Assembly: GCA_028718605.1 (NCBI GenBank)
Contig: JAQULM010000001.1
Location: 19,244 to 83,243, forward strand
Reading direction: 5' to 3'
DNA length: 64,000 bases
Source: Patescibacteria group bacterium
Lineage (GTDB): Bacteria; Patescibacteriota; Patescibacteriia; UBA10025; JAHIVO01
A model generated the notes under the pieces. That model searched no databases. It saw only the letters and a list, made by a program, of their open reading frames with translations, and was not told the DNA's origin. This document shows, piece after piece, positions 1-8,228 of the stretch. Within the stretch, counting starts at the first letter, position 1. Every line of letters starts with the position of its first letter. Position numbers and translations under genes: made by a program.

Positions 1-939
1 ATTTAATTTAAATGCTTTTACGTGGGGACCGCCGCCGCTATTTGCGGCGACAATTATTTCGTCATAACCATCTTGATCGAGATCACCGCTTGTTACATTG
101 ACTCCCTGTTTGTAATCATCAGGAAATGCTTTAAATTCACCAATCGGGGGCTCCGAGGCACCGACATTGATTACTTTGACTAATCCGACATCTTGACTGT
201 GTACTCCAAGAATTAGTTCGTCCATATAATCATCATCAACATTTGCAGTTGCGATGCTTACGCCACCGCTAAAATCAGGATGAAATGGATATACATCGAA
301 CGGTAATTTTATCCCATACCGATTAAAAATATTAACGCGCGGTTCATCACCTGCTGCTGGTGCAGTAATAATTTCCGGAATTCCTCCACCGTCAATATCA
401 CCAACAGCGAGATTAACGCCGCCTTTCATATTTGTATCATACGCAAAAAATCCGGGAGTAAAAATTGGAATTCCATAGCGGTTGAATATTCTGATATGTG
501 GGCCGCCTTTGGACATCGGGGCAGTAATAATTTCTGCGGTACCGTTTCCATCCAGGTCGCCGCATGCAACATTGACGCCGCCACGAAAATTTATTTCGTA
601 TGCAAAAAATCCTGGGGTAAATTTCGGTATGCCCTCGTGAGACAAGATTCTGACTTGCGGTCCTCCATTCGGCCCCGCACCCACAATTATTTCTGTAACC
701 CCATCCCCCTCCAAATCGCAGACTGCGATTGAAGCACCGCCTGAAAAGTCGCTGCCGAATGCTAAAAACTGATTTTCAAGATTCCCTTTATTACTGAATA
801 TCCGAACCTCGGGAGGCCGGCTATCAGATGCTTGGGCAAGCAACGGCAAACAAAATAAAATACAGCAACTTATAAATAGGTGCTGTCTATATTTTTTTAC
901 CCCCGTTTTTATTTTCATATTTTTGTTATTTGTATTCAT
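1..939 (-). CDS. Secreted FG-GAP/VCBS-repeat protein (partial; 3' end runs off the window start)
   Basis: My own translation of the minus strand from the ATG at 939 (alternative in-frame ATG at 918) gives a signal peptide, MNTNNKNMKIKTGVKKYRQHLFISCCILFCLPLLAQA. It is followed by at least 5 tandem ~60-aa repeats of the form GG..IAVGDLDGDG..EII.G...GGPHVRIF, which are FG-GAP/VCBS beta-propeller blades. There is no stop before position 1. It is missing from the ORF track because it is open at the window edge. Confidence 0.6.
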   Translation of the reverse strand, partial: MNTNNKNMKIKTGVKKYRQHLFISCCILFCLPLLAQASDSRPPEVRIFSNKGNLENQFLAFGSDFSGGASIAVCDLEGDGVTEIIVGAGPNGGPQVRILSHEGIPKFTPGFFAYEINFRGGVNVACGDLDGNGTAEIITAPMSKGGPHIRIFNRYGIPIFTPGFFAYDTNMKGGVNLAVGDIDGGGIPEIITAPAAGDEPRVNIFNRYGIKLPFDVYPFHPDFSGGVSIATANVDDDYMDELILGVHSQDVGLVKVINVGASEPPIGEFKAFPDDYKQGVNVTSGDLDQDGYDEIIVAANSGGGPHVKAFKLN

Positions 940-992
940 TTTAACACATTTTTTGAGTATTGTAAATAGGACGAATTAAACAGTTTATTATT

Positions 993-2699
993 TTAGGAAA
1001 GTTCACGCGGCGCATGAAAGAGCATTTTAAAATCATGCTTTCTCCAGTTTTTCATCGTTGTGACATCAACCTCACCATCTTTTATGAGTGAAGCGACGTG
1101 CTTACCTCCAAGAAAATGCGGGAGTATTACATAATTTGCACCTTTGTCGTATAAACGCCGCGCTTCCCAGTTTGAATACGCGGTCATAATGGCGATTGGC
1201 GCACGATTATTTTTTTTACGCATTTGCTGAATCGTGTTAAGTAAGGCGAAAGAATCATCAAGATCGGGAACGGTGGATATGAGTATCGGCGTATCGTCGA
1301 GATGTACCAATTGTTGAATGTCGCTGTCAGTAATATCACCGAATACTACCTTGTACCGTTCACGCTTAAGCTGTTGGGCAATCAAAGGATCGAATTCTAC
1401 GATTACGAGTTTTTCTTTATTAATACAGTGCAGTATATGCTGTCCGAGGCGGTGCGCGCCTGCGAGGAGAATTTGTCCGCGCGGGTTTGTCGGGAATGGC
1501 AGATCCTCATGAGCATTTGATTTTTCAAAAATATGCAAATATTTCTTAAATCTCTGGAACAAGCCATGGCTATGTGCAATAAAATACGCTGAAGCAATAA
1601 AAGTGACGAGTCCGATGCTCGTTACGAGAGAAACGTCCTGCTTTGTTACATGTCCGAGAGTTAAACCGATTGCCATTAATATTAAGCTAAATTCAGAGAC
1701 TTGCGCAATGCTGATGCTTGCGTAAAAACTCGTTTTTTTTCTGAAACCAAGCAATCCCATTAAAACAATAAATATAAGCGGATTACCAATTAAAACAAAT
1801 AGCGACAAAACGATTGAAGGAAATATTATTGATTGTAAGTCACTTATTGCAACAGAAAAACCAAGGACCACAAAAAATATTACCAAAAAAAAGTCCCTCA
1901 GCGGTCGTAGCTTTGATTCAATTTGAAATTGTTCAATCGAATGAGCAAGGGCAAGGCCGGCAAGAAAGCCGCCAATCTCAGTCGATAAGCCAATAAATTT
2001 AGTAGACACCAGTGCGCTTAAGCCAAAAGCCCACGCGATACTTGTTATAAACAAAAGTTCAGGGCTTGTTGCGAGTTTATCAAATATCCAAGGAAAAACT
2101 TTTCGTGACAAGAAATATACAATTGCTAGTAATAAAATGCCCTTTATTAATGTTCCTGAAATGGCAACTATGTGTGAACTGGCTCCCCCTCCATGCAAAC
2201 TCCCTAAAAATATCATGACAAAAATTGCAACGATATCCTGAATTATCAAAAAACCAACGACAATCCTCCCGTAGAGGCTTTGTAATTCGCGCTTCTCCGA
2301 CAAAAGCTTAACAACAACGATCGTGCTTGAAAAAGTCAAAGCAAAAGCGATATACAAAGAACGTACGATATCGAATCCTAGTAAGCGTACGATCCCAAAA
2401 CCCACTATGCTCGTAATTACAATTTGGCCGATTGCAGTCAAAAGTGCTGAGCGTCCAATCGTTTTGATATAATCAAATCGCATTTCAAGCCCGATTAGAA
2501 AAAGCAGCAATGTTGTGCCAAACGTTGCCATTACATCCAATGTGTGACGACTGTCTTCTGCCATTGTGCCAAATGCGGCTATCAGAATGCCGGTTATGAG
2601 ATATGCGACAATTGTAGGCTGTCGTAAATACCGTGCAATGATTCCTAGTACCGCAGCGACTACGACAACGAGCGTAATATCAAAAAATGCTACATTCAT
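993..2699 (-). CDS. Monovalent cation:proton antiporter-2 (KefB/KefC-like), with a C-terminal TrkA-N/RCK NAD-binding domain
   Basis: 568 aa. The N-terminal half is a polytopic Na+/H+-exchanger-type membrane domain. The C-terminal part contains QILLAGAHRLGQHILHCINKEKLVIVEFDP...FGDITD, a Rossmann-type TrkA-N domain. Confidence 0.8.
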   Translation of the reverse strand: MNVAFFDITLVVVVAAVLGIIARYLRQPTIVAYLITGILIAAFGTMAEDSRHTLDVMATFGTTLLLFLIGLEMRFDYIKTIGRSALLTAIGQIVITSIVGFGIVRLLGFDIVRSLYIAFALTFSSTIVVVKLLSEKRELQSLYGRIVVGFLIIQDIVAIFVMIFLGSLHGGGASSHIVAISGTLIKGILLLAIVYFLSRKVFPWIFDKLATSPELLFITSIAWAFGLSALVSTKFIGLSTEIGGFLAGLALAHSIEQFQIESKLRPLRDFFLVIFFVVLGFSVAISDLQSIIFPSIVLSLFVLIGNPLIFIVLMGLLGFRKKTSFYASISIAQVSEFSLILMAIGLTLGHVTKQDVSLVTSIGLVTFIASAYFIAHSHGLFQRFKKYLHIFEKSNAHEDLPFPTNPRGQILLAGAHRLGQHILHCINKEKLVIVEFDPLIAQQLKRERYKVVFGDITDSDIQQLVHLDDTPILISTVPDLDDSFALLNTIQQMRKKNNRAPIAIMTAYSNWEARRLYDKGANYVILPHFLGGKHVASLIKDGEVDVTTMKNWRKHDFKMLFHAPRELS

Positions 2700-2780
2700 A
2701 ACTTATGCATTAATGTAACGAGAATAGTATGTTTGCAGTAGATGATTAATAATGATGTGTATTTTTTTTCGTACCCAACA

Positions 2781-3182
2781 CTATTGAATAACCGTAAATA
2801 ATATAAAAATTACCCAATAAATCGCAAATGATGATAGGACCAGGCTATTGAGCCTAATCCATGGTTTACATTGGAAACTCTTGCCCCTCAAGCGTATAAA
2901 ACGGTAAACAAGATAAACCGATACGGTAATAGAATATAGAATCATAATTACACTTAAAGCGAATGCTCCCATCTCGGCTGTCTTGGTAATGAATGGGCTG
3001 GCAGATGTATTACTCGGAAGAATATTCCACCATTTCACTATATTAATCGCCAATCGGGTTTCCAAAAATAGTAAAATCCACAGAACGATCATGAGTGACC
3101 AATGGATTATTTGATGCTTGCGGGAATCAGGTTGAATGGCATCATTTACCATTGATTCGTGCTGTACAGTATTTTGGTTCAT
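2781..3182 (-). CDS. Small hypothetical membrane protein (3 predicted TM), paralog of the next gene
   Basis: 133 aa hydrophobic ORF. It shares segment-level similarity with 3189..3560 (ILYSITVSVYLV versus ALYTILVSLYLV; IVKW versus IVKI). Confidence 0.4.
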   Translation of the reverse strand: MNQNTVQHESMVNDAIQPDSRKHQIIHWSLMIVLWILLFLETRLAINIVKWWNILPSNTSASPFITKTAEMGAFALSVIMILYSITVSVYLVYRFIRLRGKSFQCKPWIRLNSLVLSSFAIYWVIFILFTVIQ

Positions 3183-3188
3183 GAAAAT

Positions 3189-3560
3189 TTACAATAAAAT
3201 AAAGTAAAATGAGACAAATGAGACGGCTATAAAAGCAACAAGAAGACTAATGTTCAATAAAATAATTGTCACGTATCGTGCGGCGTATCCTTCGATAACA
3301 AGATAGAGGCTTACAAGAATGGTATACAATGCAACAATTATGTAAACGTATATCCATGCATTTCCATTTACTCTTTCGGCGAGATAGGAGTGCCTTGACC
3401 CGATTTTCACGATCGCAGGGATGATCAGTAAACCAAATAATGTCGAAGCCCAAAGAAGTCCCAGGCTAAAGTATATCAACCCGCGCTTCCATAGTCCTGG
3501 TTCGACTTTCTTGGTTCCAGATAAAACATTATTTGGTATCTTTTTTGTTTTAAGGCGCAT
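3189..3560 (-). CDS. Small hypothetical membrane protein (paralog of 2781..3182)
   Basis: 123 aa, 3-4 TM segments, tandem to its paralog with a 6-bp gap. A candidate promoter lies just upstream. Confidence 0.4.
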   Translation of the reverse strand: MRLKTKKIPNNVLSGTKKVEPGLWKRGLIYFSLGLLWASTLFGLLIIPAIVKIGSRHSYLAERVNGNAWIYVYIIVALYTILVSLYLVIEGYAARYVTIILLNISLLVAFIAVSFVSFYFILL

Positions 3561-3587
3561 TTTTTGGGTTTTTAATACTTTCGAGTA

Positions 3588-3627
3588 TCATTATACCATA
3601 TTTTTGTAAAAAAATAAAGGGGTAAAA
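3588..3627 (-). promoter_or_regulatory. Candidate sigma70-type promoter with an extended -10 (TGgTATAAT) upstream of the tandem small-membrane-protein genes
   Basis: On the minus strand, TATAAT (complement of 3590-3595) is preceded by TGg. A weak -35 TTTATT sits 17 nt upstream. The gene start at 3560 is about 25 nt downstream of the predicted transcription start. Confidence 0.4.
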
Positions 3628-3657
3628 AATCAACCCATATTGAAAAAAATATTTAAT

Positions 3658-4542
3658 TTATGGGGCGAATAAAGTTGTTTCAAATTCCTCGATATACATT
3701 TCATCAGATGGTTGCAGTACGCAACGCTGGCGATAACAAACACAACTGCCGTGCTCCAATGCATCATTATTAAAAGTCTGAGTTTCGTCCAGGCTACTGT
3801 CAAGTGAAAATTCAGCGTCGAGTCGAATCCAATTTTCATTATTGGGACCGCATTTGCCGAGCGAATGAAAAAATAGGCACTCTCCTTCCTGCGAACACAA
3901 AGGTGCATTGGTAAGTTGTTTTTGCATAAATACAAATACTTTTTCCGAATCAAGCGAAGACGGTTGTGTAATTGATTTTGATTGAATTATAAATAATAGC
4001 ACTATCGCTCCCGCAACGCCCAGAATTGTATAAAAAAGTGGATCCTTCCATAATGATTTCCGGGTCACGCGCTCTTTTTCGTCCTCGGGGAGCAATTTTT
4101 GCGTATAGCCAATTTGGTTAAGAAAATTTTTTGCAGATAAAATATTGGTTTCATCCTCGGTTGATATTCGAACAGTAAAAAAATTCTTACGGAAATTTAC
4201 CGCAAGGAATTCGACTATCGCATTCATGCCCAGCCATCTGTACTGCTCGACAGTACATCGTACGTTTGCTAGTTTTTTTCTGAATGAAATTTTTTTTTCG
4301 AGTGTACTACCCGGCTCAACGGGAATTGCTGTGATTTGCCATAATCCTGTAATATTATCGTAGGCATTTGAACAGTACTTAATTTCTTCGTTAATGTTCT
4401 GGACATACTCCCGCTGAGTGGCATTATCTTTTAAATACGTATTTCGTTCTGTGTATTCACAAATCATTTCAAGGCCAAGGGCGTTTATCAATTGGTCTCT
4501 TTCCGTATCGGGTATACGAAAATTAAGCTGGAATGTAGTCAT
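3658..4542 (-). CDS. Hypothetical single-pass membrane protein with a Cys-rich extracytoplasmic C-terminal domain
   Basis: 294 aa. About 175 aa form a soluble N-terminal domain. One TM helix (ILGVAGAIVLLFIIQ) follows, then ~100 aa with 7 Cys (CSQEGEC...GKCG...GSCVCYRQRC). The topology resembles an anti-sigma factor or sensor. I recognise no family motif. Confidence 0.45.
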   Translation of the reverse strand: MTTFQLNFRIPDTERDQLINALGLEMICEYTERNTYLKDNATQREYVQNINEEIKYCSNAYDNITGLWQITAIPVEPGSTLEKKISFRKKLANVRCTVEQYRWLGMNAIVEFLAVNFRKNFFTVRISTEDETNILSAKNFLNQIGYTQKLLPEDEKERVTRKSLWKDPLFYTILGVAGAIVLLFIIQSKSITQPSSLDSEKVFVFMQKQLTNAPLCSQEGECLFFHSLGKCGPNNENWIRLDAEFSLDSSLDETQTFNNDALEHGSCVCYRQRCVLQPSDEMYIEEFETTLFAP

Positions 4543-4566
4543 ACGTAAACAGCAGAAAAATAGTAC

Positions 4567-4887
4567 CTAACGTTCTTTCGTACGAATGCCTTTCAAAATC
4601 CAGATAATTACAAGAATAGCGCAGGCAGTGCTAAATCCTATCGCACCGAATGCGCATACGGCTTCAGAGGTACTCCCCGATTTCGGCGTTATAAAATACA
4701 TGGTTACACCTATGCCGATCGCAAGTATCCCGCATAGTGCAGCGATTTTGAGCAAAAACCCGTCTTTTAAAATAGCATGCAGTATCGAATTGCTTTTCTT
4801 CTCTTGTTCCGATGTTGGATTCTGGATGCTATATTGTTTGTCGGGTATTTCCATATGCCGAAATAATTTACTACAATAATTAATCAA
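4567..4887 (-). CDS. Small hypothetical membrane protein (2 TM)
   Basis: 106 aa ORF with two hydrophobic helices. It is packed between its neighbours with gaps of 8 and 24 bp. Confidence 0.3.
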   Translation of the reverse strand: MINYCSKLFRHMEIPDKQYSIQNPTSEQEKKSNSILHAILKDGFLLKIAALCGILAIGIGVTMYFITPKSGSTSEAVCAFGAIGFSTACAILVIIWILKGIRTKER

Positions 4888-4895
4888 TAAGCAAA

Positions 4896-6278
4896 CTACT
4901 GGTTTGTACTTGCTGTATTTGTTGCGCTACTGGGGAAATTTGTGTTCGCGTTTGTATTACTATTTGAAAAACTTTTTTCCAATGCCTCAAGATCAATAGA
5001 TTCGAAGTTGCTTGAAAAAGTTTGGATTAGTTCATTCGATTCGCACGTTTCGAATGTTGAAAGAATGAATCCGCATGCTTCTTTCCATTGAAAATCATTT
5101 ATATAGACTGAAATAACTTTATCTTTTAATTGCTCAATGAGCCAGTCGTCAACATCTTTCTTTCTGATAAAAATATGTTTGACGTCAATCTGCTCAACAT
5201 TATCCGAAGACATTGAATGTGACAAGACTTTTATTAGATGGTAACCATACGCAGTATCTACAATATTAGAAACTTGCCCATCCTGAAGTGCAAAAGCTGC
5301 GGTTTCAAATTCAGAAATTGTTTGACCTTTTATTACTGTGCCAAGGCTGCCCCCCGCTTTCGCGTCAATATCTTCACCGTATAAATCAGCTAATTCTTCG
5401 AATGTTTTTGTAGTTGTGCTTAAAAGTTTTTGGATTGTTTCAATTTTTTCCTTTGCGGTTTTATTAAAAGATGCGTCATTGTCAAGATAATTAGTAATTT
5501 TTTGGCGAGTGAGGTACGGTAACAATGCTTTTGATTTGAATTCTGTTGTCGACCAGTTATAGAGTTCCTTTATTTGCGTTTCAAGTTCATCAGAGCTGCC
5601 AACAACAGAAATAAGCTTAACATATTCAGCATCAAGTTCCCCGCTTGTTGGCGTAATTCCAAGTTGCTTAGCAGCTGAATCAAGAAACTTTTGGCGCACA
5701 AGTCGTGTCAATATTTGCTTCGACAATAAAACATCAGATGGCGGTTTCACGGTATCAGACTGAGCAGAATAAAAATACTTCATTGTCGCAAGATCGCTGA
5801 TAAAATCAGAATATAAAATTGTAGCGCCATCCACAACCGCCGCGACACGAATTATTTCACTCCCAGAATTCGTATTTACGACGATATCCTTGCCATTTGA
5901 TTCATAATTTAAATTGCTATTCGATAGGTATTCTTTAAGCGCTTCTATTTCACTATTAAAGTTATTCGTAAGTTTTGAATTATTACTGTATATAACGAGC
6001 CAATAAAAAATGCAGGCGAGAATGATAACAAAAAAACCGAGCATAAAAACTGCTATGCGCCAGTGATGTGGTTTTTTATTTGCTGATGATGTTGGTGTTC
6101 CATCGACGATTCTTGCGGCATCAAACTGGCTCCATCCATTAGACACAAGTTCATCGACAATTGCTTGGTCGCTAACGCCTTGCGACCTGCGTTGTTGCGT
6201 AAAAACACTACCGTTTTGGATACGTGTGCTATTTTCAGGCTGAATACGAGGTTTTTTTGCATTCTTCATAATCAGCAA
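4896..6278 (-). CDS. Membrane-anchored peptidyl-prolyl cis-trans isomerase (PrsA/SurA-like parvulin foldase)
   Basis: 460 aa. It has an N-terminal cytoplasmic tail and one TM. The C-terminal PpiC/parvulin domain is recognisable from GGSLGTVIKGQTISEFETAAFALQDGQVS...AYGYHLIKV. Confidence 0.6.
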   Translation of the reverse strand: MLIMKNAKKPRIQPENSTRIQNGSVFTQQRRSQGVSDQAIVDELVSNGWSQFDAARIVDGTPTSSANKKPHHWRIAVFMLGFFVIILACIFYWLVIYSNNSKLTNNFNSEIEALKEYLSNSNLNYESNGKDIVVNTNSGSEIIRVAAVVDGATILYSDFISDLATMKYFYSAQSDTVKPPSDVLLSKQILTRLVRQKFLDSAAKQLGITPTSGELDAEYVKLISVVGSSDELETQIKELYNWSTTEFKSKALLPYLTRQKITNYLDNDASFNKTAKEKIETIQKLLSTTTKTFEELADLYGEDIDAKAGGSLGTVIKGQTISEFETAAFALQDGQVSNIVDTAYGYHLIKVLSHSMSSDNVEQIDVKHIFIRKKDVDDWLIEQLKDKVISVYINDFQWKEACGFILSTFETCESNELIQTFSSNFESIDLEALEKSFSNSNTNANTNFPSSATNTASTNQ

Positions 6279-6648
6279 TTCGTATAGTGAATGATAAAAA
6301 CAGTATTATTGTACATCTTTTCTCGCGTTGTATCAATAAATCGAGCCAATTTTTATCAAAACGAAATACTTGTTCTAACTGTATGAGCAAGTAATCATCA
6401 GTGCCTGTTTTTACTAACTACCTTATTAAAAACGGCGAAGAGTGTAATTGACCATAGAATAATAATGATACAAGTATTTGTAGTTCTCTATGATATTTTA
6501 TTGGCAACTTTTTATTAAATACTTTATTTACTTGCGATGTTACCTTGTTTAAATAAGTTATTTTGAGTAAAAAAAACAGTTTTATGAGTAAACATAATAT
6601 GTCTTAGAGCAGCACATTTAACAAAATTGTTTTGCACAATAATAAATG

Positions 6649-6670
6649 AAGAGGGTGGCACGGCCCTCTC
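6649..6670 (-). terminator. Possible short hairpin downstream of the 6758..7327 gene
   Basis: AGAGGG-tggcacgg-CCCTCT is a 6-bp stem with an 8-nt loop. On the minus strand it is followed by tcatttattattgtg, which is moderately T-rich. Confidence 0.25.
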
Positions 6671-6757
6671 CATAGATTGATCTGAAGGCATTTTTCCTAG
6701 GAGGAATTAATGCTTTCAATTGCTCCAGCGTGGGACTTCCAAATACCCATTGATGCC

Positions 6758-7327
6758 TCACTTTCCATGTAAGACTGTTGCATGTTTCTTACTCCCGTGA
6801 CCCTGAGCTATCCCCCGAGACCGATAAGCCTCATGAAAAAGCTTGGATACAGCAGTAACGACGAACGGAACGGAGACAAAGACGCACGTTTCTAGCATTT
6901 TAACTGGCACATCGAAGTCGTTTGGCTGCAGAAACTCGGTTATGAGCATCAACAACCACGTCGACCACCAGATGAAGAAATATACCTCTCCTCTCCGTTT
7001 TTTCTGTTCATGATCGAGCCATCTCTTAGCTTCCTTCTGAAGCACATAGAGCACCAGAAATACCATATATCCGAATGGCATTTCCGCTGGCACTTTGAAT
7101 GACTCTATTTTCATGAACTCAATCCAACACATAGTGTATTGGCAAAGAGTCCAAATGACTAAGCAGTAGAACAGAATATCTGCTTTAGTCAACCACTTTA
7201 ATAAAACAGAGGTGGTTTTGGCATATATCATCACGCTCCCTTCATAGCGATACGGTTGTGTGCCAATTGCTGCGAAACACGCTGGAGCGTAGCTGTTACT
7301 TGAAAATACCAAGCAACAGCGTACCAT
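6758..7327 (-). CDS. Hypothetical polytopic membrane protein, GC-richer than its surroundings
   Basis: 189 aa ORF with 4-5 TM segments. Its nucleotide composition is visibly GC-richer than the flanking AT-rich intergenic DNA. I recognise no family motif. Confidence 0.4.
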   Translation of the reverse strand: MVRCCLVFSSNSYAPACFAAIGTQPYRYEGSVMIYAKTTSVLLKWLTKADILFYCLVIWTLCQYTMCWIEFMKIESFKVPAEMPFGYMVFLVLYVLQKEAKRWLDHEQKKRRGEVYFFIWWSTWLLMLITEFLQPNDFDVPVKMLETCVFVSVPFVVTAVSKLFHEAYRSRGIAQGHGSKKHATVLHGK

Positions 7328-7410
7328 TTCATATGGCTACCCTGTCAAGGATTCAATGTCTGTATTTGATTGTACATATTCATCATATATTGTATTACGA
7401 TTTTGTCAAT

Positions 7411-7436
7411 ATAAAAAACTCTCCACACCCTGTGGA
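7411..7436 (-). terminator. Candidate rho-independent terminator downstream of pgeF
   Basis: Minus strand reads tCCACAgggTGTGGa followed by gag and TTTTTT. It lies 47 nt after the pgeF stop. The stem is short (5-6 bp). Confidence 0.35.
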
Positions 7437-7481
7437 TATATCCGATATTACGCTTGGATTAGCAAAAAACAATTCTGGCGA

Positions 7482-8228
7482 TTAATTCATATATCCTATG
7501 TATGCGAGCATCGTACGCAGATTGCGATTATTATCCCGCCGGAATGAAAAACAGGAAGGTGTGCAATATGTGCATATTTTAGAGTCCTCAATATTATTTT
7601 GTGGTATGCCTGCATCTATAAATTGATCCTTTATGGCAGCACTCAAATCAATATGCCATTGGGACGCAGAGGAATCAATGATATAAGGCGTATTCTTAAA
7701 TGGCTTCGCATCTCGTGGAGTCATGCAAAAATGGCAGGCGTGGATTCCCGGACCAAGTCCGACAAGGTACGACGAGATGTCAGCATGCGTGGATTTTAAC
7801 GATTCAATTGCTTTTTTTACAATACCTTTTGCGATCCCCCTCCAGCCTGCATGAATAATTCCGACTGAATAAACCGCTGGGTTAAATATATAGACAGGAA
7901 AGCAATCAGCAACGGTAATCGATAGATAGACATCGCTGAGCGTTGTTAACAGTCCATCACACTTAATGGTTGGTTGTCGCTCATATTTATTTTTTATGAT
8001 TGCTACTGTTGTGCCATGCGAAAGATTTGCGTACACCACGGATATGGGACTGATTTTTTGCTTGTTAAAAAAAGTAGTGCGATTTGGTATATCGTAGGAA
8101 CTGCTTTCCGAAATACTGACCATTGACCCGTCTTCAACTGTCGAGATGCCGTACCGGAGTTTGGGATACTGTTTGAAAATCTTGAAATGCAGTGAATCCA
8201 TTGTTGCTACAATTTTGTTCCATGGCAC
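7482..8228 (-). CDS. pgeF: Peptidoglycan editing factor PgeF (YfiH/DUF152 purine-nucleoside phosphorylase/laccase-domain family)
   Basis: 248 aa with the hallmark GIIHAGWRGIAKGI and CHFC motifs. It overlaps the secA stop by 22 bp. Placement of PgeF downstream of division genes is typical. Confidence 0.75.
   Translation of the reverse strand: MPWNKIVATMDSLHFKIFKQYPKLRYGISTVEDGSMVSISESSSYDIPNRTTFFNKQKISPISVVYANLSHGTTVAIIKNKYERQPTIKCDGLLTTLSDVYLSITVADCFPVYIFNPAVYSVGIIHAGWRGIAKGIVKKAIESLKSTHADISSYLVGLGPGIHACHFCMTPRDAKPFKNTPYIIDSSASQWHIDLSAAIKDQFIDAGIPQNNIEDSKICTYCTPSCFSFRRDNNRNLRTMLAYIGYMN

Noticed and set aside
496-732. 78-aa plus-strand ORF from the track
   Set aside because: It lies entirely inside the minus-strand FG-GAP repeat gene, whose translation shows coherent repeats and a signal peptide. 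The plus-strand ORF is low complexity and I reject it as an antisense artefact.
1302-2000. Several short ORFs (1302..1520, 1318..1512, 1403..1597, 1814..1996) inside the kefB-like gene
   Set aside because: They overlap a well-supported 568-aa transporter and have no motifs. These are typical shadow ORFs.
6708-6772. 20-codon ORF with a perfect AGGAGG SD
   Set aside because: I do not report it as a gene: it is too short, overlaps the 3' end of an opposite-strand gene, and I cannot assess conservation. I keep it as an observation in the findings.
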